Of a stretch of 31,281 bases of DNA, positions 18,413 through 26,019 are shown piece after piece. Source of the stretch: an uncultured archaeon (lineage in GTDB: Archaea; Asgardarchaeota; Thorarchaeia; Thorarchaeales; Thorarchaeaceae); NCBI GenBank assembly GCA_964458565.1, contig CAYWJO010000042.1:1-31281 (forward strand), in the 5' to 3' direction. The notes under the pieces were generated by a model. It had not been told where the DNA came from, searched no databases, and was given only the letters and a program-made list of their open reading frames with translations. The first letter of the stretch is position 1; every line of letters begins with the position of its first letter. Made by a program: the position numbers and the translations under genes.

Positions 18413-18505
18413 GCTTCTCTCCGGTGCTGAGGGTTCTGCGTATATCTTTTGTGGCTTTTGGTGCTATCACATCTTTGTAGGGATTACCTGCGATAGTATT
18501 ATTAG

Positions 18506-19102
18506 ATGAGGACAACTCATTCAGAATCAATAAGGCCTGAACACTGGAGAGTTTCAGTACTGTCTGAAAACATAGATTTTCTCTTCAAAATCGTATTCCT
18601 TGGAGAAGGAGCAGTGGGAAAGACATCACTGGTTGGACGTTATGTATACGATAGCTTCGAAGGCGACTATCTAGCAACCATAGGGACTGATATTCATGTC
18701 AAGATATTAGAGATTGATGATGTTCGTGTTAAACTTGTGGTATGGGATATCGCTGGGCAGGACGATTTCGCACAGCTACGTAAGGCGTATTATCAAAACA
18801 GTTCTGGTGCGTTCTTTGTATTCGACACAACTAGACCCGAAACAATTGACAGAATAGGGGAATGGATTGATGCACTATTTGGTGTGACAGGTAAGATTCC
18901 CTTGGTTTTACTTGAGAACAAAGTAGATCTAGAGAGTGCAATCGCACGGAAAGTTGTGAAAAAGCATTCCAAGGATTATGGAGTAGACCACGTACAGACA
19001 AGCGCAAAGGAAGATACAAATGTTGAAGAAGCCTTTGTGAAGATGACCCGACAGATACTTGAGAATTCAAGGGCTCGCTCAAAAATAAAAGCACGAGGCT
19101 AG
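18506..19102 (+). CDS. Rab-like small GTPase (paralog 1)
   Basis: G1 GEGAVGKT, G2 ATIG, G3 WDIAGQ, G4 NKVD, G5 TSAK. The real start is probably downstream of 18506. Confidence 0.95.
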   Translation: MRTTHSESIRPEHWRVSVLSENIDFLFKIVFLGEGAVGKTSLVGRYVYDSFEGDYLATIGTDIHVKILEIDDVRVKLVVWDIAGQDDFAQLRKAYYQNSSGAFFVFDTTRPETIDRIGEWIDALFGVTGKIPLVLLENKVDLESAIARKVVKKHSKDYGVDHVQTSAKEDTNVEEAFVKMTRQILENSRARSKIKARG

Positions 19103-19107
19103 GACGA

Positions 19108-19623
19108 TTGTTAAAGAGAGAACCCGACTTCGTTCATAAGCTAGTCTTCCTAGGAGATAGTGGAGTAGGGAAGACTTCACTTGTAGAACGATATGTATAT
19201 GACAGTTTCAATCCAAATACAATGCACACAATCGGTGCAATCTTACATGTCAAGTATGTAGAAATTGAAGAATATGCACACAAGCTGATAATTTGGGATT
19301 TAGGGGGTCAGGAATCGTTCTCACAATTACGTGAGCAGTATTGTGCCAATGCAGCTGGTGCCTTTTTTGTCTTTGATAGAACACGTCCCGAAACCTTTAG
19401 GAGCATGAAAGCATGGCTAGATGCTCTTTACGCTGGAAGTAAAAATGCTATAGCAATAGTAGTTGAAAATAAGATTGATTTGGAATCACAGATCTCAACG
19501 GATGAGGTGCATAGCGAGCTAGCTCGTAGGGTTCTACGATTTATCCAGACTAGTGCAATCGAAAACAAGAACGTCGACCAAGCATTTACAGAACTGGTTA
19601 AAGAGATACAACGAAACAACTAA
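19108..19623 (+). CDS. Rab-like small GTPase (paralog 2)
   Basis: G1 GDSGVGKT, G2 HTIG, G3 WDLGGQ, G4 NKID, G5 TSAI; 5 nt after paralog 1. Confidence 0.95.
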   Translation: MLKREPDFVHKLVFLGDSGVGKTSLVERYVYDSFNPNTMHTIGAILHVKYVEIEEYAHKLIIWDLGGQESFSQLREQYCANAAGAFFVFDRTRPETFRSMKAWLDALYAGSKNAIAIVVENKIDLESQISTDEVHSELARRVLRFIQTSAIENKNVDQAFTELVKEIQRNN

Positions 19624-20333
19624 TGAGGCGCTTCAGAATCACCATAATGGTATTCCATTCCTAATTTCTTTCTGGTGCCTTTATGTAGGTATAGAGCCTT
19701 TTGGGCAATTGATAACGCCTCGTCTGCAGCTCTCTCACAATATCTTCCAATTAGGACATAATACATTGCCATTGTACCGATGTCACGTTCTGACCTAAGA
19801 TATTCTGCTATTTCCTCAAACATTTGTGAGGTCTCTCTGTCAGCTTCTGCTTCAAGTTTCTCTAATTCATCGATTTCAGAGAAATCCGCGTTCAATAAGG
19901 CATTCACGCTGATATCAAGAGTGCTTTTAGCTAGTTCAGCAAGGTAGGGTAAAGACTCCAATTCTTTGAAGTGATCCATTCCATCACACAAGAGTGTAAT
20001 CCTTGCAATCTTTGATGCGTACTCTCCCACTCTGAGAAGGTGATTCGAGACCTGCATAAAAGTAGTTATCATCTTGAGATCATCAACGGTCTTGAGTTTC
20101 TCAGCTAGCTGATTAATCATAGCTTCTTCCATTTGGAATGTCATTTGCTCGAGGTCTTCAAGTTTGTCTTCAATACCTTCTGCGTGTTCAAGGTCAAGGT
20201 CCTCAAACGCTGTCATAACCTCAATTAGGGAACCAGCAGCGAGGTTATGCATTTCTTTAAGCTTTTGTGAGAACTCAATAATCTCGGGATTGGGTTCTGT
20301 CAGAAATACCACCTTTAGGATATCTTCATCCAA
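19620..20333 (-). CDS. phoU: Second PhoU-domain protein
   Basis: The C-terminal half is closely similar to PhoU at 10155-10841 (HFKEL.SLP.LAELAK, IDELE.LEAE.DRET, MAMYYV..GRY.ERAAD). Confidence 0.88.
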   Translation of the reverse strand: MDEDILKVVFLTEPNPEIIEFSQKLKEMHNLAAGSLIEVMTAFEDLDLEHAEGIEDKLEDLEQMTFQMEEAMINQLAEKLKTVDDLKMITTFMQVSNHLLRVGEYASKIARITLLCDGMDHFKELESLPYLAELAKSTLDISVNALLNADFSEIDELEKLEAEADRETSQMFEEIAEYLRSERDIGTMAMYYVLIGRYCERAADEALSIAQKALYLHKGTRKKLGMEYHYGDSEAPH

Positions 20334-20475
20334 GTATGTCTAGGAGTGGATTCTAAAATATAACTTTATGCTAATCAGACAAGTAATGTACTTCATTGCT
20401 ATTTCATTCATTTTTTTATGAATTTTAAGCTATATTTATGACAATGAGCTTCTTATTTCAACCTAGGCGATATCC

Positions 20476-21315
20476 ATGACAAAATCGCAAGCATCGCGAG
20501 TTGATAATAGACTGAATGATCTTGATGGAAAGAGCTGGGTAAAGGCAACAAAATCCTGGTTTGTTATCAATCCACCAAGAAGGACTAATACTCAGATTGC
20601 TCATCCTGCAAAATATCCTGAAGATTTGGTTAGAAGGTTTGTACGATTTTTCACTCAAGAAGATAGCTGGGTTCTTGATCCATTTGCAGGAGTCGCAAGT
20701 ACGATAGTTGCCTGTAAATCACTCGGGAGAAACTCTCTTGGTGTTGAATTGAATCCTGAATTTGTTGAAGCAGGAACAAGGATGATTGTTGAAACTCAGG
20801 GAAGAGGAGAGAACAATGTTATTTCTGGGGACTCGATGAAACTTGTGAAAATTCTTACTAATCATTTTGGTGATGCCATTCCAAAATTTGATTATGTTAT
20901 TACTTCGCCTCCATATTGGGATATGTTAAATAAATCGAGAGGCGGAAATGACTCCTCTCACAAGGAACGAAAGGAAAAGGGATTGAATTTCAATTATAGT
21001 GATTCATCGCTTGATTTTGGTAATATCGAAGACTATGAGGATTACATTGAGTCGATAGGTCTTGTTTTCGATGAAATTGATTCCCTACTTAATCCAAAAG
21101 CATACCTTACTGTTGTGGTTCAGAATATGCGGGACGTAGACGGGACTCTCCGTACTATTGCCTGGGATATTGCCAGAAGATTATCAAGAACTTACGACTT
21201 AAGACAGGAACAAATATGGTGTCAAGATAACAAGAGATTAGGTTGCTGGGGGTATCCTACAACATATGTATCCAATGTTCATCATCACTATTGTCTGATG
21301 TTCCAGAAGAAATGA
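20476..21315 (+). CDS. Orphan DNA amino-methyltransferase (N4-C/N6-A family)
   Basis: HPAKYP, motif I VLDPFAGVAST, GVELN, motif IV TSPPYW, C-terminal H.YCLMFQK. Confidence 0.85.
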   Translation: MTKSQASRVDNRLNDLDGKSWVKATKSWFVINPPRRTNTQIAHPAKYPEDLVRRFVRFFTQEDSWVLDPFAGVASTIVACKSLGRNSLGVELNPEFVEAGTRMIVETQGRGENNVISGDSMKLVKILTNHFGDAIPKFDYVITSPPYWDMLNKSRGGNDSSHKERKEKGLNFNYSDSSLDFGNIEDYEDYIESIGLVFDEIDSLLNPKAYLTVVVQNMRDVDGTLRTIAWDIARRLSRTYDLRQEQIWCQDNKRLGCWGYPTTYVSNVHHHYCLMFQKK

Positions 21316-21362
21316 GGGGTCTATCCTATTATTCATAAGTCAGTTCGAGCGAAATAGATGCT

Positions 21363-22235
21363 ATGACAACCGTCCTAAGAGACCTCGTTTCAAGCGATTT
21401 TGAGCAGGTTTTAGCTGTTTCTCAATCTGTTTGGGATGATGACTACGCTCCTTTGTCTTTTCACAATTGGATTGATGATTCCAATTGGTACGTTTATGGT
21501 GTTTTTGAAAATGGCGTACTCTTAGGATTCATAGCTTTACAACTAATCCCAGAAACCAATCATGCATGGGTGAAAGCTTTACGAATTAGAAATGATCGAC
21601 AAGGTACAGGTCTTGGCACTCAACTGACAAAACATACAATCACAAAAGCTAAGGAGTTTGATGTCAAAAAACTTTGGTACGCAACTAGTAGCCGAAACAA
21701 AGCATCAATCAAAATTGCTGAGAAGATAGGTTTTCATCTTGTAAACAATGTTGGTTATTTCAGACTTGAAAAGCCACTCCCTGCTCATCAAACACCTAGT
21801 CCAAACTTTCAGCCTCATGATATTGATGCAGAAGGAATCCACGAAATTCTTAGTGTATATCCAGAGTTGATCACCACAGAAACAATTCCAATTGCCTGGA
21901 ATTTTGAAACCAAAGACTTACTTGGACTAAAGCGATTAGAAGAAAAGGCAACCTTCAAGGTAGTGCGAAATGAACAAGGGCTTCCTAAAGCTCTCAGAAT
22001 CTCATATCTCCGGGAACGGAATGATAGTAAAGCTGCAATCAACACATTCTATGTCCTAGACCGAAGTATCTTCGTAGACCTCATAGCTCGAACGATTGCA
22101 GAACATGATGAATCCGATATCGATACATTGGTCTTTTTCCTCGGACCCAATGGTACTGAATGGTCTAAGACATTGGGAATTGTGCCCGAGGAGTACTTTG
22201 ATAGAAGATTCCTGCTATATGAGAAAACGCTCTAA
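21363..22235 (+). CDS. GNAT family N-acetyltransferase with C-terminal extension
   Basis: ALRIRNDRQGTGLGT (motif A) and N.ASIKIAEKIGF. Confidence 0.88.
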   Translation: MTTVLRDLVSSDFEQVLAVSQSVWDDDYAPLSFHNWIDDSNWYVYGVFENGVLLGFIALQLIPETNHAWVKALRIRNDRQGTGLGTQLTKHTITKAKEFDVKKLWYATSSRNKASIKIAEKIGFHLVNNVGYFRLEKPLPAHQTPSPNFQPHDIDAEGIHEILSVYPELITTETIPIAWNFETKDLLGLKRLEEKATFKVVRNEQGLPKALRISYLRERNDSKAAINTFYVLDRSIFVDLIARTIAEHDESDIDTLVFFLGPNGTEWSKTLGIVPEEYFDRRFLLYEKTL

Positions 22236-22241
22236 TAATCT

Positions 22242-22718
22242 CTAAAACTCCTCATCTTCTTCATACTGATCAAACGCAGACCAATCTGGAGCATATACTA
22301 TAGGCTCAAGGTCTCTTGACTCCAAATGTAGTTTCTCAGCTTTGGCGATTTCCTTTCTAAGTGTGTATGATTTGGCTCCTTCCCAGCGGAGGTATGTATT
22401 CAGGTCTCTTGCAAAGTCCCCTTGGAATCGCTTGCATCTACCCTTGCAGAAGACCTTCTCATCAAGAATCTCTAACTCGCCATCGCACCATTTACAGATT
22501 GCCTCAAGACCATGGGCAAAGATACGTCCGTCTATCACTCTGACGAAGAGCACTGTGCCATCGAACCTGACAACGCCCCATTTTCCTCCGTCTCTTGTGG
22601 TCTTTCGCCAGATTTGCCCTTTCTCACGTTGGGACTTCTTCACGACTATTTTCCAATCTTGTTTCTTCGATGGGTCTTTTTCGAATTCAGATAACCTCGT
22701 CTGAATGGTGCGCCTCAT
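22242..22718 (-). CDS. Hypothetical Zn-ribbon protein with N-terminal PIP-box-like motif and acidic tail
   Basis: QTRLSEF at residues 6-12; CKWC-x12-CKGRC; ends YEEDEEF. Confidence 0.7.
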   Translation of the reverse strand: MRRTIQTRLSEFEKDPSKKQDWKIVVKKSQREKGQIWRKTTRDGGKWGVVRFDGTVLFVRVIDGRIFAHGLEAICKWCDGELEILDEKVFCKGRCKRFQGDFARDLNTYLRWEGAKSYTLRKEIAKAEKLHLESRDLEPIVYAPDWSAFDQYEEDEEF

Positions 22719-22888
22719 GTATTATGGTGTTGATGGGGGTTGATAAACACCCCTCTGTTCTTTCCTATCCCTTGGATATACTCCACCTTTAGCCACGCTT
22801 ATCCGTTCGAAGTGGAAGGTCTAGAAATTATAAGACCCGTAAAAATAATACCTCTATTTATTATAATTGATGAATTTATAAACTCGGG

Positions 22889-23464
22889 ATGAATACTTTG
22901 ACTATGAGCAAGCTCAAAAAAGAGTTGTTACCCGAACAACGTGAAGAACTCCTCAGAGCGTTGAAAGCCCGTTTTGAGAAAAACATGAACCGCCATAAAG
23001 GTCTTGAATGGGCTAAAGTACAAGCAAAGCTGGAAGCCAATACTGAAAAACTGTGGTCACTCAATGAAATGGAAAAAACTGGCGGTGAACCGGATGTTGT
23101 TGGCCACGATAAAAATACGGACGAATACATTTTTTATGATTGCTCAGCGGAAAGTCCTGAAGGTCGCAGAAGTGTTTGTTACGACCGTGAAGGGCTGGAG
23201 GCAAGGAAATCAGCTAAACCAGAAAATAGCGCTATTGATATGGCGGCTGCCATGGGTATTGAGCTTTTAACTGAAGAACAATATCGAGAGTTGCAGAGAC
23301 TTGGAGATTTCGATACGAAGACATCGAGCTGGGTGATGACACCTTCTGATATTAGGAGACTCGGCGGCGCCCTCTTTGCTGATCGTCGTTATGGCAAGGT
23401 CTTTGTGGAATTGTTTGGAATCCCAAAAAGAAAACAGAAAGCACTTGAAGAGATAATGAATTAA
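22889..23464 (+). pseudogene. DUF4256-family gene with replaced C-terminus (probable chimeric pseudogene)
   Basis: RFEKNMNRH, MEKTGGEPDV, DCSAESP.GRRS.CYD, D.KTSSW and GGALFADRRYGKVFV are typical of DUF4256. The family's usual YHNGA.SYY..RGFRG end (recalled, not searched) is absent. Confidence 0.7.
23407..23448 (+). repeat. Degenerate 42-bp copy of the 3' end of the downstream small membrane-protein gene (23656-23697)
   Basis: 32/42 nt identical; encodes GIVWNPKKKTEST-stop versus GIVWNPQEKTDSP-stop. Confidence 0.8.
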
Positions 23465-23499
23465 CAAAATGGAAGTGGTGGTCTTGCTTCCTACATGGA

Positions 23500-23697
23500 A
23501 TGGCCACAGCAGGTGAAATATTGAATATTTGGAAAACACGACTTATCTTAATTGGGTTGATCAACGCTATTATAGCTGTCGCTCTAGGCGTGTTTCGTGG
23601 TTTTTCTTTGCCTATAATTGGATTAGTTTGTGTAGGAATTATACTGCTCGTGGTTGGTATTGTGTGGAACCCTCAAGAGAAAACAGATAGTCCCTGA
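23500..23697 (+). CDS. Small two-TM membrane protein
   Basis: Two hydrophobic segments. The likely start is TTG 23521 after AGGTGA. Third-position-biased divergence from the paralogous remnant supports coding status. Confidence 0.7.
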   Translation: MATAGEILNIWKTRLILIGLINAIIAVALGVFRGFSLPIIGLVCVGIILLVVGIVWNPQEKTDSP

Positions 23698-23866
23698 AAG
23701 GTTAGTGAGTTAGTTAAATACCGGTGTAAAAAACCCCACAAAATAACGCGAGACCTGGTTTGGCATTCATGTCGATTCACGTGATATCAGAATGGAATGC
23801 ATTACTGAATCTTGAGAAAATTCATTTCTCTACATTCATCTCATATTGAAAACAATGGGATTTACC

Positions 23867-24841
23867 TTAGGTGGCAAGTTCACCTAAAAGCTCTAACATC
23901 CAACCATCAATAGGATTCTTCTTAGTGGTAACTTCTTCAAAAGGTGTTACTTTCACATCTCCATCGATTTCTCCTACCATACCATTCACTTCCCCTTCAA
24001 GACAACACACTATTGCATGGACTCCTAATCTTGTAGCTAGTACTCGATCTTGTCTTGTTGGACTTCCTCCCCGTTGGATATACCCTAAAACAGAAACCCT
24101 GCATTTTTCAGCAAGCAATCCTGACAGTTTATTAGATATTGCTGTCGCGTTTCCTGCTTCATCGCCTTCAGCAACAACAATAATTGAACTCTTTCTACCC
24201 CTTCTTCTACCTTCTCTAATTTTCATCGCTAGAGATTCCAAGTCGGTGGTGGTTTCAGGAATCAGTATAGCTTGTGCACCACTAGCAATTCCAACATGTG
24301 CAGCTATCTGGCCAGAATGTCTACCCATCACCTCGACTATGAAGACCCGTTCAAATGACATTGCTGTGTCCCGTATTTTGTCGATTGCATTTATGGCATT
24401 GTTAACTGCAGTATCAAATCCAATTGAATAATCTGTTCCGTAGACATCATTATCGATTGTACCTGGAAGGCCAATGCGCCGTCCATTCCAGACTTTACCA
24501 AGTGCAATCATCCCTCTCATCGTGCCATCCCCACCAATTGCAATTAGACCATCTATCTCTTCATCATTCAGAATTTTAGCTGCTTTCCTTTGTCCTTCTT
24601 TCTTCATGAATTCGTCTGATCTTCCGGTTGTAAGATGAGTGCCACCACGATGCATAATATTAGCAACCCAGCGAGCAGTAAGATCGATGAATTGTCTATC
24701 GAGTATTCCTTGAAAACCACCTTTGACGCCAACGATGTCTAAACCTCTGCTGATCCCAACACGTACAATTGCTCGAACAGCGGCATTCATCCCTGGCGAA
24801 TCTCCACCGCTGGTCAACACTGCTACTCTCATGATATGCAA
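23867..24841 (-). CDS. pfkA: ATP-dependent 6-phosphofructokinase
   Basis: LTSGGDSPGMNAA, GGDGT, PGTIDND, VEVMGR and LGYIQRGGSP. Gly in GGDG and in PGTIDND indicates the ATP-dependent type. Confidence 0.95.
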   Translation of the reverse strand: MHIMRVAVLTSGGDSPGMNAAVRAIVRVGISRGLDIVGVKGGFQGILDRQFIDLTARWVANIMHRGGTHLTTGRSDEFMKKEGQRKAAKILNDEEIDGLIAIGGDGTMRGMIALGKVWNGRRIGLPGTIDNDVYGTDYSIGFDTAVNNAINAIDKIRDTAMSFERVFIVEVMGRHSGQIAAHVGIASGAQAILIPETTTDLESLAMKIREGRRRGRKSSIIVVAEGDEAGNATAISNKLSGLLAEKCRVSVLGYIQRGGSPTRQDRVLATRLGVHAIVCCLEGEVNGMVGEIDGDVKVTPFEEVTTKKNPIDGWMLELLGELAT

Positions 24842-24930
24842 ACAAAGCTACACTGAAATAAAAAGGTGATTACAAGCAATGAAACTCACTTCTGGATACT
24901 TGTAAAAGCTATTTCTGACATCTGATGGAA

Positions 24931-25896
24931 TTACACTAGATTCTTCATTCGTAGTATAACGAGAAGTGGACCAGTGATTAGAAGGCTCAATAAGATAACA
25001 ATCGGAAATGATGCAGGGTCATCTGGACTACCAACAAATGGTAGTCCCATATTCATTCCATATAGACTAGCGATTAATGTTGGAACACTTACTAACAAAG
25101 AGATGGATGTTAGAATCTTCATCACTCGATTAAGATTATGGCCTACAATAGTCTCATAAGCTCCCAAGGCATTATCGATTAGTTCTCGATAAATTGCGGA
25201 TAATTCTAATTGCTGTTGTAAATCTACTTCTAATTCTTCTAATCTATCAACATCAAGAATCATTCGACCGATGCGTTGAACGCGTATTAATCTCCGAAGA
25301 ACTTTCATATTCGATTTTAGTGCAGCTTCCATGAAGATTGTATCACGTGATAATCGGAAAAAATGGTCAAGTTGTGATGGATAGAGTTCAGATAGAATAT
25401 CATCTTCGGTTTGATTTATAGTTTCTTCAATAATATCCAGAGTGTGTTCAAACGAATTGATTATTGTATCCCACAATCTGTAGATTGACTCTGCAGCAGT
25501 AGTTGCATGCCTGATTCTCTTCCAATACCGTTTCCTTCGGAGGGGCATTATCTCATGCTGCAATATCAGTAGATCACGACCGTTCGTGAAAACCCCAATT
25601 GGTGTCGTTGAATATTGACGTTCTGGATTATGTAAATTGACTGGTACTCTAAGCACAAGCATGGTGAACTTGTCTTCAACCTGTAATCGAGGTCTCTCAT
25701 CCAAGTCAAGCAAATCTTGAAGGTCTTCGAGATCGATTTCAAATTTCTGTGAAATTCTACCGAGGTCTCTAGCAGTGAAGCCAACAACTTCAATGAGAAG
25801 AGGTTCATCTGGTGTATCATCTAGTTCTTCATATCGGATACCGCTTTCAAGCGCCATTATTGTAATATGCTCTGTTGGTTCGGGATTCTCGCTCAT
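24931..25896 (-). CDS. corA: CorA family Mg2+ transporter
   Basis: D.DERPR, LNRVMKILT, PTLIASLYGMN and two C-terminal TMs. Start placed at ATG 25896 because GGAGGTGA lies at 25909-25902. Confidence 0.93.
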   Translation of the reverse strand: MSENPEPTEHITIMALESGIRYEELDDTPDEPLLIEVVGFTARDLGRISQKFEIDLEDLQDLLDLDERPRLQVEDKFTMLVLRVPVNLHNPERQYSTTPIGVFTNGRDLLILQHEIMPLRRKRYWKRIRHATTAAESIYRLWDTIINSFEHTLDIIEETINQTEDDILSELYPSQLDHFFRLSRDTIFMEAALKSNMKVLRRLIRVQRIGRMILDVDRLEELEVDLQQQLELSAIYRELIDNALGAYETIVGHNLNRVMKILTSISLLVSVPTLIASLYGMNMGLPFVGSPDDPASFPIVILLSLLITGPLLVILRMKNLV

Positions 25897-26019
25897 TGGC
25901 TTCACCTCCATTTAGATTTTGGATATAGAACCATTTCAATCTGTCTACAAGAGCCATATGAAATGGAATTACATCTATGTAAATTAGTGAGTAAGATGTT
26001 ATATTTGAATGGATGCGAT

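Noticed and set aside
20476-22718. Restriction-modification or defence island
   Set aside because: No recognisable nuclease, helicase or specificity subunit next to the methyltransferase.
22800-22817. GTTCGAA T-loop-like word suggesting a tRNA integration site
   Set aside because: Imperfect stem, with no acceptor, D or anticodon arms.
23871-24431. 186-aa ORF antisense to pfkA (also 28344-28844, 7747-8187, 4174-4584, 22342-22704)
   Set aside because: Fully inside better-supported genes on the opposite strand, with shadow-like composition.
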